A stretch of 64,000 nt of DNA from Octopus sinensis. Taxonomy: Eukaryota. The notes beneath the pieces were generated by a model. The model had not been told where the DNA came from. It saw only the letters and a list, made by a program, of their open reading frames with translations, and searched no databases. Each line of letters starts with the position of its first letter. Positions within the stretch are counted from its first letter, which is position 1. Below are positions 26,659 to 41,613 of this stretch, piece after piece. The stretch spans positions 15,871,360 through 15,935,359 of the forward strand of contig NC_043019.1 in the NCBI RefSeq assembly GCF_006345805.1. Direction: 5' to 3'. The position numbers and the translations under genes are program-made.

Positions 26659-26900
26659 TTTCAAATTATGGCACAAGGCCAGCAAGTTCAGGGGTGAGGT
26701 GGGGGGGGGGCACAAGTCGATTACATGAATCCCAGTGCTCAACAGCTATTTATTTTATCAAAGAATGAAAGAATGAAAGGCAAAGTCGGCCTCAGCAGAA
26801 TTTGAATCTAGGATGTGAAAACAGACAAAATGCCGCTAAGCATTTTACTTGGTGCACAAATGGTCTTCTAGCTGGCCACGTTAACAATAAATAATAAAAA
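26240..26900 (-). mobile_element. Head-to-tail cluster of three family B SINEs
   Basis: Three successive units (cacaagg..aaattt..gaccccagtgctcaactgg..gaatttga..ctaagcatttt..ctgccagct..cctt) separated by (AAT)/(AAC) tracts. Confidence 0.75.
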
Positions 26901-27114
26901 TAATCATCAGCCGAGATACTTCATTAAGTCCATCTAAATTCTTAATTATTTTCAAAACCAATTAAAACAAAGAAACACTAATTCAAAAGAAACAGCCACA
27001 AAAAAAAAAAAAGTGTTGAAGTCAACTGAAAAATACAAATGTGTTAAAAAACACATTTCTCTTCTGTGAGTTTGGAAGAGCTGATAGTGACGAAATGAGG
27101 GAGATGGGGGGAGA

Positions 27115-27152
<38 letters not shown>

Positions 27153-29507
27153 TGGGAATTTAATATTTCTATTGTGAATTATAAGAAAATGTCAGAATTA
27201 AAAGATAAACAATGAAATAAATCAAAACATTTTTGTTCCATGTCAGAAAAAATATAAATAATATTAGGTTTGTGTCTGTGCATGTACTTTAATGTTTGTA
27301 TTATGTACCTGTGCATTATATTACATGTATGTATGTGTATGTGTGTGCATTCACACAGCTATTTATCATTATCATTAAACATTCATACGCTATGCTGGCA
27401 TGGGTTGAAGGACTTCATCATGCTCCAAAGTCTGCTTTGTCATGGTTTCTATGGTTGGATGCTCTTCTGAACACCAACCACTTTATAGCATGTTTTGAGT
27501 GCTTTTATCGACCCCACCCCCAACACACAGGCACATGCATGTATATATATATATGTGTGTGTCTTTATGTATACAATGTTGTAGAGAAGGCACTACAGTG
27601 GCATGGAAACTTTTTTATGGAGCTGGTGCAAGAAAACAATGCATCGGTAAAGTGGTTGGAAGTAAGAAGGGCATCCAGTCATACAAACCATGTCCAAAAT
27701 GGAACATAAACAAGACATAGATTTCTGACCTGTCTTGGAGGGCAGCAATTTTCAAATAAGAATAGGCCCAATCACTGATAGTCTGCCCAACACATGTCAA
27801 AGTGGACAAAAATGATGAGCACAATTCAATGTGTGTGTATATATACATACAGATTCAGGGTTTGCAACTTTATAGGGACAAGGCAACTTTGGGAAGTTGA
27901 ATTAAGTAGATTTAGTCACAAACAATAATTTACTAGTTTATCATATATACATTTTAGTCCTTTTGATCTCAGAAACAGTGACTGGGGAATTGGTTGAATT
28001 AAATAGTTCTGAAAGAAGGCAACAGGAGTGGCAGCATAATTAAGAAGCTTTCTTCCTGGAAAAGCCTTAACGAGTCCCAGGGCTTATGGCAGATCTAAGT
28101 CTAAATGATTAAGTGCATGTTATTGGATGGCTAAAAATCACTGGATTGCTTTCCAATCTTAAATTTTAAAAAACAGGAAGAGAAAGTTTTAGAAAGTTTC
28201 CACAAAGGTAAATTGTATTAGGGAGGAAAAAAACCAAGTGTTTAACTTGTACACAAGAAGTTAAGGAAGAAGCTAAGATTTTAGAAATCTAACATGAAAG
28301 CTATCAATAAAGAAAATATATAGAAATATACTTGTAGAATTTATGTTGTAAAAAGATAGTTGAAGATTTAAGAAGGTAAGATACTTAAAATGAAAAATGT
28401 TGAAAATGAAAGATCCACTGAGCAAAATATTTGATCAACATTTAAGCTGGAGTATTTCATGAGAAGTCACTAATATTTTTGAGATGAAACAAACATAGGG
28501 CAATTCCTGTAGAACAGAGTTAGAAATCATTTACTGAACCAAAAACTATAGTCTTCTAGGGATCAAATGGTTTTAAATATAGATTATGAAGCTGAGGGAA
28601 GGCGCTCCCATCCGTGTTTTCAGCAAATTATCAAAGTTACTTTCAGAATTACGTTACGTATAATTTCAAAGAAACATAATAATGTTTAAATTCTAAATAT
28701 AGAAAAAGAAATTTCAGAAATAAGTCAAAAGTAAAAAATTACAAGTAACAAAAAAGTGGAAGTAACCCTCCAATTCAGATTTTTTCTACAATGCTTAAAA
28801 CATTCAGATTCAAACAAACTACAGCTTTTTGAAGTACTGAATAATTTACGACTTTATTCTACAGGAATGCCACATGAAGACTTTCGTCTCTGGTTAACAA
28901 GTCTATAAACATACTGGGAAGGAATACTTTTACAAAAAGTCTCAAAGAAGAAAAAAAAAAAAAATCACCCTGGGCCCTATGTGGGAAGTTACTTTAATGC
29001 ACTAAAAATTCCCCACCCACCCTATTACGTGCTGCTGAAATTGGGGTGGTCTTTCATGCCATCTAACATGGTACTTATTTTAGGAGATCAAATATAGTGG
29101 GACCAGACAGGAAGTAGAGTTTACAATGGGAGATAAATCACCATGGACCTGTCTGTGGGGGGCAATTTTAGTTGGAAAAATGGCAAAACTGGAAAAAAAA
29201 GAGGGAAAAAAAATTTAACTAGCAAAGTTGAGAAAGACTGGAATAATTGTGCTTAACAATCTATGGAACTGTTCTAACATGTTCTTCCTGAGAGATGGAC
29301 AGACATGAAGACTCCGTAACTGTCCTTTTAATAAAAGAACTGAAGGGAGTGTAAAAGATAAAGGTCAAGAGAGAGCTTGCTCAGTCAGTTTAATCAGTTC
29401 AACCCATTTAACCAATCAGAGAGCATACGAAAGAGCCTCTGTGTGCCCATCTAACATCCTGAAAATCATAGCCACATCTTTCTCACCTAGCATCATACTG
29501 TCTGTAA

Positions 29508-29975
29508 CCCTTTAGCATTTAAACTAGCCATAGCCGGATCAAAAATTGTACCTGTTCTATGTTCAAACTGGCCAGATTTGGCCTCAAACCTATCAGTGGA
29601 GGCACATGGCTAAGTGGTTAGGGTGTTGAACTCCTCCTGATCATAAGACAGTAATTTCGATTCCTGGACCAGGCAGTGCTTTGTGTTCTAGAGCAAAACA
29701 CTTCACATTGCTCCAGTCCACTCAGTTGGCAAAAATGAGTGATCCTGTGATAGACCAATGTCCCGTCCAGGTTGGGAATGATATATACCCCATGAAACAA
29801 GGAAACTGGCCTTTATGAGTCAGCATGACTCAAAGGTAACTACCCTACAATGTCATTCTCAAAATATAAAAGCACATCATAAACATCTCACAGCCATGAG
29901 ATAATGCATGAATAATTCAAAACAGCATGAATAAATAAGTTTTACATTTGACAGAGTAATCTGAATGCTAAAGGG
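29508..29975. mobile_element. piggyBac-type family 1 MITE interrupted by a family C SINE
   Basis: Termini CCCTTTAGCATTT ... GAATGCTAAAGGG. The body is collinear with 56013-56231 except for an insert at ~29595-29839. Confidence 0.8.
29598..29839 (+). mobile_element. tRNA-derived SINE, family C
   Basis: A-box GGAGGCACATGGCTAAGTGGTTAGGG, B-box-like TTCGATTCC and central GAGCAAAACACTTCACATTGCTCCAGTCCACTCAG. Relatives lie at 31177-31468(-), ~43995-44325(+), 45842-46125(-) and ~46745-47010(+). Confidence 0.8.
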
Positions 29976-31176
29976 TGAAGGAAAGAACACATTGGATAAT
30001 GCAGTCACTCATATATGTGTACATATAGTCATGGTCTTTTAACATCTAAGACCATCTAAGGTTTATGGTAAAAGACATTCGTACAAGGTACCATAGAGTG
30101 GAATTGAAACAGAGAATCATGGGTCTGTGAAGCAAACTTCTAAACCAACATGGTCATACTTGTGTGACAATAAGCATAAATATAACGAACCTGAAAGCAC
30201 TTAGTTCTGATTTCAAATGAAACAACTGAGAGATAAAATTCCTCTTGGATAGGACGCTAGTTTTGTCAAAGATAAAACTCCCCAATAAATCTGGCAATTA
30301 GTCCCACTGTCAACATTAAGGGAAAATGGGTCATGTCAGAATGTTTTCAGCATCTGAAACAAGCATAATGGAATTGCCCTTTTCTCTCATACATTACCAC
30401 CTGCACCCTCCTCCTCACCTCCTAAGGAGTTGGGGCAACCCCTTAGGGGTCAGTCTTGCACGCTGCATAGCAACCTCTACCAAAAAACCTTTAGGATAAA
30501 CCTTAAGTTTCAGTTACATACTCATTAAAATAAATCTAAGGTTTTAGTCACAAAACCTTTAGAACAAAACCTTAAGATGCAGTCAAGAAATCTTGTAGAT
30601 AGTTCTGGTCCTTGCATTCAGGTGGAAGAATGGTGTAAGAATAAACTTTATTATAAAGGCACCCATAGCGCAGAGATGGTGGTGTTAAACAAGGAGTCTA
30701 TGACACTTCATGTGTTCTTTTCTAAAGTAATATAGCATGATTCAAAGAGATTCAGTTACTATTCTAGTATGGCATTTGATAAACAGTAAACAGGATGCAA
30801 CAGTGTAGTCTGCCACATTGCATCCCATGCAATTCATCACTGTGCTCAGCAACCATGTGGTTTCATGTTCAGTCCCACTATGAAGCACTTAGGGCGAGTG
30901 TCATCTATTATAGCCTTGGGTCAACCAAAGCCTTGTTAGTGAATTTGGTAGATAGAGGGAAACTAGAAGAAGCTTATCTTATGATGCTGTTGCTACTAAT
31001 GATGATGATGAAGTATCAACAGATGTAAAGAAAAAGGGTAGTCAGGGAGAGGGTGCAATATGTTCACACAGTCCATCAGTGCATGTCGGGGTTTATATTA
31101 TGATCCTAAGAAAAAAGGGGGGAAATATCAGAGACAGTGTTATTACTGAATCAATAAGCTGGTACTCTGTCAGTTA

Positions 31177-31468
31177 CAAGGGTTCCAGTTGATACGATCA
31201 ACAGAATAGGCTGCCCATGAAATTAATATGCAAGTGGTTGAGCACTCCAGACACACACCCTTAATTTAGTTCTCAAGATTCACCATGACAGAGAATGTGA
31301 CAAGTCTGGCCTTTTCAAAAGCAGGCACTACTAATTTTTGCCAGCTGAGTGGACTGGAGCAATGTGAAATAAAGTGTTTTGCTCAAGGACACAAAACACC
31401 ACTGGGAAGTGAACTCACAACTCTATAATGTAAGCCAAATACCCTAGCCACTGAGCCATGTGCATTCA
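31177..31468 (-). mobile_element. tRNA-derived SINE, family C (alternative tail)
   Basis: Collinear along its length with 45842-46125; head ATGGCTCAGTGGCTAGGGTATTTGG on the minus strand. Confidence 0.75.
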
Positions 31469-34080
31469 CAACCTGAAGCTATACAAAGAACAACAGCAAG
31501 TACTGTACTGAAATAAATTGAACTGTGAAACGAGTGCAATATTTCCAGATCATTACACATGACTTCCATATTAAACCAACAGTGTATGTCAGAGTTTGCA
31601 GTATGGTATATTTAGACAGATTTCTGGGCCACGCTTAGCTGTTTGTTCTGTTCATAAGACTGTTCAATTAGAGCTGATATGTAGCTTACACAACAACAGC
31701 CACAAATCTGCAGAACAAGTATGATCAATTATATTGATCTTTGGGACCATGTGACTGATATTTCTTTCATCAACCCTTGGTAAGATGAAAGGCAAAAATC
31801 AATCCTGACAAAATTTCATCATCATTTAGCGTCTGTATTATATACAGGCATGGGTTGGATGGTTTGACATGATCCAACAGGTCAAGATCCGATGTCTATT
31901 TTGGTATAGTTTCTATGGCTGAATGCGCTTCCTAACACCGCCAACCACTTTACTGAGTGTGCTGATGACATTTTCATGCCACCAGCACAAGTGAGGTCGC
32001 CAAGTAGCTTGCAAGATAAGATCCTTTGATGGAGGAGTTTATAGTATTGAGGGAGGTGACTTATGTCAGGAGCTGAGAAGAGTATGATAAAGGGACAAGA
32101 ACAGGTGTCTTGCTGTAAAGATACAGGGGTATTCCAGCTTGAAAAGGTGAGATGGTGATGATGGTAAACCCTACTTTTTTCTGTTGAGGGCCTATATGCC
32201 CCAGTATCAGACTATTTACCTTAGTCAATGCACAGTGCTTGTTTACAAGCTTTAAGCTTACAAAACATTATTATTATTTACAGATTTGTAAAATTCAGCA
32301 CTGCTTACCAAATAATCGCATTAATATTATTTTTGTGGTTCCTATCAAGGGCAGTAGAATGGCAGAATCATATGAGCATTGGTCAAAATTTCTTATGGTA
32401 TTTGTGTTATGAATTCAAATCCTGCTAAAGTCCAACTTTCCCTTTCAAGCTGGTAGAGTTGAATAAAATAAAGTGACTAATCGAAACTGCTCCCTAATGC
32501 GAAATTTCTGAATTTATTCTATTCTTATTGTCATCATCACTGCTTTAACATCCAGGTTTCTATGTTCGTATGCATCATACAGAATTTGCCAAGGTAAATT
32601 TTCTATGTTCAGAAAACGCCCTTTTTGTTGACAACCCTCACCTGTTTCCAAACAAGGTAATATTTCTCCACAAGACAGACATGCATTGCTCAGAAGGCTG
32701 GAAACGTTGGATATGGCTTTCATATCCTAACACTTGCATACAACTATAACATGATGTTAAAGCAAAGAGACAGTGACATACACGACAGGTCAGTTTCAGT
32801 TTCTGCCTACCAAATCCATTCAGAAAGCTTTAGTTGGTCCAGGGTTACAACAAAAGACACTTACCCAATGTGTCACGCAATGGGATTGAACCCAAAACCA
32901 TATATGATTGGGAAGCAAATTTTTTAACCACACAACCTTACTAACAATTACTATCCATCTTTTCATCCCACTCCATTCCTCCCCTTGAAATAAACAAGCA
33001 TGATCTCTCCTCTTTTGGCTGTGGTCATAGTGGGGCTCTTACCTCAGGAGTTTCGTTTATCACACTGAGCTCAACTGCCACCTCCCGGCACTTGTCTAAT
33101 CGATTACTATTGTGGAACTTGATAAGTTAGATGATATACTGGGACACGAATGGCCAGCAACACCAGTTTTTGGACCAGTGCAAACATAAACACAACACCC
33201 GCACACATTCATATAGACGTTTGCTATCATGTGATACATAGCAAAATTATGCACTTATTAGATGAATTACAAAATCTAAGAACCAACAAGAATCTGTAGT
33301 CAGGTAACTGAGGACCTGTGGTAGAAATGATATCAGACAGGGCTGGGTGTTTAACAAGCTCACTTTACAACCACTGTAAGGCACCATGATCAAGTGTCTT
33401 AATTCCAGACCAACCGATGCCTTGTAAGTTAATTTGGCAGATGGAAACTGTGAGGAAACCCGTCTAAATATGCGTGACTTTGTGTTTATCCACCAATATC
33501 GCTTGACAACCAGTGTTTGTTTACTTCTCCCTGGAACTTAGCGGTTCGGCAAAAGACCACGACAAATACCGAACTTTACAAAAAAGTATTGAGGTCGATT
33601 TCTTGAACAAAACCCTTCAAGGTGCAAGACAGTGCCCCACCATAGCCGAAGCCCGATGAGTGACAAAAACCCTAGTTAGACATGCTTACAATGAGAAGTT
33701 GTTATGCCTAAATCGACCCACTACACACATATATGACGGGCTTCAGCGTAGTTTCCGTCTACTTAATCACCTTAGTGATAATAATATATAGAAGACGCTT
33801 GCCCAAGTTGTTGTGCATGGATATCGAACCCGGAACCACGTGGTTAAGAAACGAACTGCCTAGCTAATTAAACCATGTCTGTACCAAAACCTTGTTACAT
33901 AAAAGAAATGATGTTAACTTATGGGATGACGTAATAACATACTACATACACGTGTATATAATATATTATACACCCATCTATCTACATATATATATATATA
34001 TATTTACAATATATGTACACTCACGCACATATGTATAACGCATGCATACTATACACACGCATAGATAGAGATAGATATAT

Positions 34081-34111
<31 letters not shown>

Positions 34112-35863
34112 CATACATACACACACTCCAGTCCGCACCCATACACTGAAGGGTTTAAGTACAGGGAACAAGGGGTAAAAAAAAAAAATTACAAGCAGAG
34201 GTAAGGAAGGAAAGATGGAGTTATTGAGTGATGGAAAGAAGATAGAGGGAAGCAGGCAGGAGTTAGTGTGTTTCTAAAGGAACAAAGACGGAAGAAGGTG
34301 GAGGGGGGGGGAATAACAGTAGCTAGTCATGGTGATGGTGGTGGTGGTGGGGGGGTAGTGGACGTAATAGCCGTGATTGCAGTGATAGGATAGTAGTGAT
34401 GGTGGTGAGGGCAGTAGTGGCGATAGTAGTCGTGGTAGTGGTGGTGGTATGAAGAACAGCTTAGAAATATGGAGTATTGACCTAATTTTTTTAGGATACT
34501 CAGTAGCACTTGAGTTGCGAGGTGGAGGTGGTGGGAGGAGAGTTATAGTAAAAAAAAAAAGAAAAAGGGAAGAGAGTGAAGATGAGAGAGAGAGAGAAAG
34601 GGCGAGTGAAAAAAAAATGATGGGTAGAGTAGAGGTGAGAGTGAAAAACGATAAGAAAGTTAAAGAGAGTGAGTGAGTGAGTAGTTATTTGTGTTTTTCA
34701 AAAGCTTGAATCGAACATGCTGCTGCTACTACGACTATTACTACCACCAAACTACTGTTGTTGCTTTACTGCTGCTGTTGTTGATACAACAACTACCACC
34801 ACCACCACCACCACTGCTGCTGCCATATTTAAGAGCTGACCCTACTACTACTACTACCACCACCACCACCACCACCACCACTAAACTAAGCCTTGTAAAT
34901 AATTTGAAGCCAAGCTTGCTCGGGACAGAAGAACCTTGTAAATCTGTTTCACACACAAACACACAGACAAGCCAGCGAGATCATTGAATATGCTAAAAAT
35001 AGCAGCGAAATCTCTCCCCTCAATCTCAACTCTCACACACCGTCGCCTTTAAACAAGAAAAGGATATGTTAGGAGGTTAATTTACTTTTAAGTACTGCTA
35101 AACAAAAAAAACCGGGATTGTCACAACCGGAGTATCCTTTGATCATCACATGATCTGCTGGATTACGGGGCTTACACTATGTTAAGCAGCAGCTATAACC
35201 ACAACTACGATACAGGGATCGAATATAATTGGATCCCTGCCTTCCAAACGGCGGTTTGATGTGTAGTCGCAGATATAAGAAAGCGAGTGCATGTTTATCT
35301 GGAAATGACAACAGCATGTAAAAAGGGCCCTTATGTACAGACTGTAGGGGAACATTAACGAAGCCCTTATTATTTTTTTTTAATCCTTCTCCTTGCTTCA
35401 ATTATTGGGCTGCGGTCGTGCCGGGGCATCGCCTTATATGGTTTCCAAACCGACCCCGTAGCTATTCAATCAGTCGCTTCTGTCGAACTGCTAATTTACG
35501 GAGAAGCAAACAAACCAACACCGGTTGTCAAGTAACGGTGGATGGACACGGGGACACACACACACACGTGTGTATAATGACAAGCTTTCAAACAGTTTCC
35601 GTCAACCAAATTCAGTCACGAGGCACTGGTCAGCCCACGATTATACTAGAAGATACCTGTCCGTGGTGCCGTGCAGTGGAACTGAACGCAACACCACCTG
35701 CATGGAAAACGAGCATGCAAGTCACACGGCTATATCTGTGAAGCATACACAATAGATAACAGGGCAAAATCAGAATTTTGAGGAAGCTGGCGATGTACTC
35801 TGGCTCCTCTATAGGCCTTATATGAAAGAAAGCACCATCTGTTCTGTTCGCGAAAAGGCTCAA

Positions 35864-36050
35864 TACTTGTAGCAAAGTGGTTTGTGCGTCTCGATGACCT
35901 CAAAGGTTGTGCCCGAAGAACACAAGATCCTGGTTGGGGTTCCCATCCTGGACAGGTCAAAGGATAGAGGCCAAGCTAGCATGGTCCACCTCTTACCAGT
36001 GGTGAAAATGGGTTTGCGTAGGGACGACACATGTAACGTAGAAAAAGCGA
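35864..36050 (+). mobile_element. RTE-clade LINE 5' leader remnant
   Basis: GGTTTGTGCGTCTCGATGACCTCAAAGG..CCTGGTTGGGGTTCCCATCCTGGACAGGTCAAAGGATAGAGGCCAAG..TGGTCCAC resembles the 'AGGGYCACCCA..GGACAGGTCA..TGRTCCAC' 5' motif of RTE/BovB-like elements (from recall). No downstream ORF survives. Confidence 0.55.
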
Positions 36051-39000
36051 AGTTATAGAAGCATTGATGACAATTCAGAAGCAACAAGACATGGGAGTGG
36101 GAGAAAGAGGCAGGGAGTGTCGTCGATGGCCTTGCTCCAGAGGGGACGGAGGACATAAACACAACATCTTCCGTATGAAATGTTTTGCACAAGAACACAA
36201 TGTATCGCCCGGTCCAGGAGCCGAAACTGCTATCCTATGATCACGAGTCCAACATCCAAACCACTAAGCCCTGCGCCTCTACAAACGTACCCAAAATGGC
36301 AAGAGTTGTTATTAAACCAGGGGACAGATTAAGCTCACCCCCAAGTAATCCACAACAGCGGGATCGGAGTGAAGAACACTTACAACACGAAGAGACAGAA
36401 ACATATACCGCAAAGCATCCTACACGACTATTGTCACGGTTCCGTTTATCCGAAGATAGCTATCTCGAAAGGATGAAGGGCAAAGCTGAACTCGGGAGCG
36501 TAGATTTAGAGGAAATACTGCTCTAATGATTTTACCGATTTGATCAGGGCAAAACCTGTCCAAGTCAATTCCAATCGATCATGTTTGATATGAAAATTCA
36601 TTGTGTGCGCGTGCGTTTGTGTGGTTATTCAGTGACTCAGAAGAGGAAGAGCAGTGCACATGAGTCATTTTAGTTTCCACCCCCAGAGTAATAGAAAGGA
36701 TAGGGGTGTTATTCTCAACCCGAAAACCTGAGCCCAATGCTAGAGCGTATAACAGAAAAGATTGTACTGATATGGGTATATGATATTACATATGGAGGAT
36801 GATAGCTGTAAAAGGAAAAGTCAAGTGCTCAAAATGAATGTTGCTTGTTATAGGGGACATAGGAATACTTGGGACGAAGGCTGATCCAAAGGATACTGCA
36901 TCTCAGGGAGAGACCATTAAACTGGCTGGCGAAGTGCAAGGGCTAGAGAAGACCTGTTTACTTGTGAAAACCCGGTGAAATGCACTTTAAAACTGGGGGG
37001 AGTAGTAACAGATTCTGATTATACATATCGTCAGAATCTCTCTATTACTATGTATCTTTAACTTGTTTCAGTCATTAGACTGCAAGCATGCTGGGGCACT
37101 ACCTTAAAGTAAGTCGAATGAATCGCCTGGTACTTATTCTATCGGTCTCTAATGTCGAACTGCTAAGTTACTGGGTCGTCAAGCGGTAGTGGGGGTGGGG
37201 GAAAACACACATAGATACACATTATATATGTACGTTGTGCTTTGCTGAGGACTTCTTAAACACATAACCACGCCAGCACCTATGTTAGACTAATGAAGGC
37301 CGATGGGTATTTAACAGAGCTAAGATGTTCTGATATGAAACACGGTTGAAAAGTTTGTTGGTGGTATTAGAGACAACACAACACAACCATCCCATCTCGT
37401 ATTTAGTACATCCATCATTATCCCAATGTTACCTTACAATAAATAAAAATAGCAAGGCTATAAGGAGAGATTTGGATGGTTGGAGCGACCTTTTAGACGC
37501 TCCCTCGTCGGCTCCAAGATAGAAACATGTATGAGTTTGGTGAGAACAGTGTGTGGAATAGTTTGTGTACGAAAAATAGTTGTGAGACAAAGAGAGTGGT
37601 ATCTGTTAGTCATTTATTTAGCTGCCTCAAATGGGTAAGAGCAGTAAATACAGTGGAAACGAAGGGTGGGGGTGAATCAATTACTTCGACTTCAAAAGGA
37701 TGAAAGGCAAAGTTGACATCGGCAGAATTTGAACTCAGAAGAACATAAAGAGCTGGAAGAAATGCTGCTAAGCATATTTTGTCCGACGCACTCGCTGCCA
37801 TAATAATTCTTTTATTATTTCACCTGTTTCAGTCATTTGACTGGGGCCATGTTGGAGTACAGCTTTTAGTCGAACAAATCAACCCCAGGATTTATTCTTT
37901 CTAAGCCTAATACTTTTGGGGGAGAAAAAACTGAGGAAACTCTTCATGCGTGCGAGAAAACTGGAAACTGATGCCTTTCTTCGGATAAGACCGCTATGCG
38001 ACCACGTGTTTTCGTGTTCAGTTCTATTACGCGGCACTTTGGAAAACATTGGAAAACATCTACGATTTATAGCCCTTGCACAAATGATGTCCTGTATCTG
38101 AATTTGGTAGGCAGAAACTGCATGGAAGCCTGTCGCATCTATCTCCCACCAAACTTGATTTGTTCATGTCTCTAAATCAGAGGTTCGTCAAAAAAGACCG
38201 ATAGAATAAATAGCAGACTCTCTCGAGTCGGTTTCTTTGAGTAAATCCTTCAAGGTCGCGCTCCAGAATGACTGCAGTCCAATGACTGAAACAAGTAAAA
38301 GGCTGTTGCTAATATTCATGGTGCATCACAGGCTTAATAAAATAAAAGTACCAGTCATGTACGTCGGACCTCATACGTCAAGTGAAGTTCAACCTGCAGG
38401 GAAAGACGACGGAGGCGGCGACAGGTTATTTTCTTTGTTTTGTTCCCATCCCTGCCTGGTGGTAGTTATGGCGAAGTTAGTTTGTGTGTGGTGGACGATA
38501 CTTGGGTTTGAAAAGGTTTGGGAGGGGGGAGACAGGAATTTCTTCAAATTGATGAGAGAAGGTTCTCTGCCTCCTATGCATTTTGCGATAAGTGGGGGGG
38601 GGTGGGGAGGAGGGAACTTTAATTAAGAAGAGACTGGAGTAAACAAGCGGTAAGAAGAAACTGGGAGAAAACACTTTCTGCCTTTTGATGAGTCAGACTA
38701 ACTGGGACTTTGTGTATGTGAGGAGGAGGAGAAGGAGGAGACAGGGAAAAGACTCCCTTCGAATTATCCTAGCTAGTTCTACTTTATTGGAGAGACCTTT
38801 TCTTGTTGCCGATTTCGTCTTCTTTAGTCGATCTATAAAATAACTCCTTTTTTTTGTTTTTTGTAATGCTACATAGTTCTTGCCATCATGTGTCCCCAGC
38901 TTCACGCAACCCTGTGGCCAGTAAGATCACTATTATTATTAAATGTACCAATGAAAGAAAGGCAATATTGTTTTAATTTACTAAATAAATAATAATACAC

Positions 39001-39264
39001 TTCAAATATATATTTCCTGGGGAGAGAAAGAGAGAGGGGACAGAAGTGGGACAGAGGAGAGGGGGGAGAGGGGAAAAGAGAAATGGGTCAAAGAGAGGTG
39101 AAGAGGGAGAGGAAGATATGGGGACAAGAGTGGGAGAATTATCGGTTTAGATGGAGATGTACAGTGGAGAAAGACAGGTTATATATAGAGAGAGAAAGAG
39201 GGGGGAAACCAAGGGACATGGATACACACACACACACACACAACAAGGGATATATGTGTGTGTG

Positions 39265-39302
<38 letters not shown>

Positions 39303-40161
39303 ACAGAAGGACGAAGAGCTGGTGAAAGAAAGATGTGTAAGAGAAAAGAATAAGTAGGCGATGATGAAGCAGAGAATGGAAAGAGAGAAGAAGAAAATAG
39401 ATGGAAGGATGAGGAAGTGAGAAAGAGGTCAAGAGAGAGAGAGAGAGAGAAATAAAAAAAAGAGGTGAGAGAGAGGAAGAAATGGAGAGAGCGAAAAAGA
39501 AAGGAGGGCAACGGCAAAGAGAGGGAGGAGGAGGAGAGAGAGAGCGAGAAATGGAGAAGGTGACAAAAAAAGAAAAAAAGACCGAGAGGGACAGAAAGAG
39601 TGGAAGGAAGAGAAAATAGAGAGAGAGAGAGGGGGAGGGAGAGGGGATTCTTTTATGCTAAGAAAGTTTAAGGGGTAGCAGCAAGAGCAGTAGTAGTAGT
39701 GAAGATGTGGAAGAGGAGGAGGGGGAGGAGGAGGGAACTAAATCAGTTAGTGTCCTAGTTCTTCTCTCTGTAAATAATTAAGATCCGGTGAGATGGTGAT
39801 AATGATGATGATGGGGGGGGAAGGGAGGGGGGAACGGAGAGGAGAAAAACCGAGGGAAGAAAGAAAGGAAAAACGAAAATAACATCAGCAACAACGGTTA
39901 ATAACAATAACAACAATAACGATAATATTTCATCAACTTACACCTTCAACCTCACCTCTCTCTTCCCCTACATACACACACACACACGCAGGTTTCTGAC
40001 AATAATCCACATACACTTTCGCCCTTATTCACTCATATACACGTACATGTGTGGGTGTACACATACACACACACATAATTACATATGTATATCAATTCAA
40101 ATAAATGATAAAAGAAAAAAAGGATAATTTTAGTTTATAAATCTTAGCATATCTAAACACA

Positions 40162-40204
<43 letters not shown>

Positions 40205-40264
40205 GATGAGTTTAATTAATATATGGTTCGTTTATGTATATGAGGTGTTGTATGTATGTGTGTG

Positions 40265-40312
<48 letters not shown>

Positions 40313-41613
40313 TACACACACAAACAAATGAGAGAGAGAGGCATTACGTACAAGATGGGATGTTACAGAAATATAAAGTATTTGAGAAGCGTAACACAAA
40401 AGGAATCGATGATTAAAAGTCGCTATTTAGTGCGTGTGAGACCAGGTTACATTATATACATACATACATAAATACACACACACACGTGTGTGTGAGAGCA
40501 TGTAGTACACAAGCGATTGTCCCAGCATGGCCGTAGCCATGATGGCTTACATTACAAATTATAAAAAAAAATCCAACACAATGTGAGGACATCATCCCAT
40601 TGTTTTCTCTCTCCCACATGCCAAAGACAAAAATCACAACACAACATTCGTAAACACATTACACACACAATACACAAACACAGATAAGGGTACACACACA
40701 CACACTCACAAGCAACTACACACACAGTGCACACGTAAACATCACCACACCCACAAACACAACGCGCACACGCACACACATCAGTAAAACCAAAACATTG
40801 AATCCTGGTGACTAAAACATAATGGAATGATTGAGAGGGGTAGTAGGAGGAAGTAAGGGAGAAGTGAAGGAAATAGGTGGTGAAAGAAAAGGAGTAGAGG
40901 TGGGGAGGGGGAGTGAAAGAAGAGAGTAGCGGTGGGGTGAAAGAATAGAGAGAGAAGGGTAGGTTGATGAGGAGGTGAAAAGAGAGAAGGAGGAAAAAGA
41001 AATAATGAAAGGATGTGAGGCCTACACATACATATTACATACAAAATTACATACACACATGTGTGTATTTATATACGTAGGCGGTGCTCCAGCATGGCAT
41101 TTCTTGATGACTGAAGCTAACTAGACGCGTGTGTGTTCTTTAGTTTGTTTTAGTCATTACTATTAAAAGAAAAAAAGGTCATGCCCGCATACATGTTATG
41201 TATGAATATTATGTATAAGGATAAAACGGCTGAAAGGTAAAAATCGTAACCCAAGATGTAATCCTGAAATATTAATGAGGGATATAATAAAAGTTAAAAT
41301 TTAAAACAGGGAGTTAGATATGTCAGCAAGAGTAACGAGAAATTATTTCCATCGGGATCACAAAACAGTAAGAGAGAAAGAGTGAGGAAGGGCAAAAAAG
41401 AGAATAAAATTAATAATAATAATACCAACAACGATAATAAGAGCATAGTGGGAGTAGAAGAAGAAAAATGCGTAGAGAGATTGAAGACATATTGAAGTAA
41501 GTGTAAAGAATGAAAAATAGAGGATACACACACACACACACACAGAGTAAGCTAAGGAGTTGGAGAAGGGAGTATGAAAGTGTGTGTTGGCCAAGTTGCC
41601 TTGCTTAAGTTAC

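Noticed and set aside
27860-28900. AT-rich, strand-biased stretch, possibly an old LINE ORF
   Set aside because: No recognisable motif could be read in any frame.
38350-38430. Strong-looking minus-strand acceptor cgtctttccctgcag|G
   Set aside because: No convincing donor or reading frame; downstream sequence is SINE remnant. Cannot be supported without transcripts.
41294-41539. Hydrophobic ORF MLLLSLLVLLLLILFSFL as the signal-peptide exon
   Set aside because: Derived from low-complexity AAT/GA tracts, with no convincing phase-1 donor before the stop.
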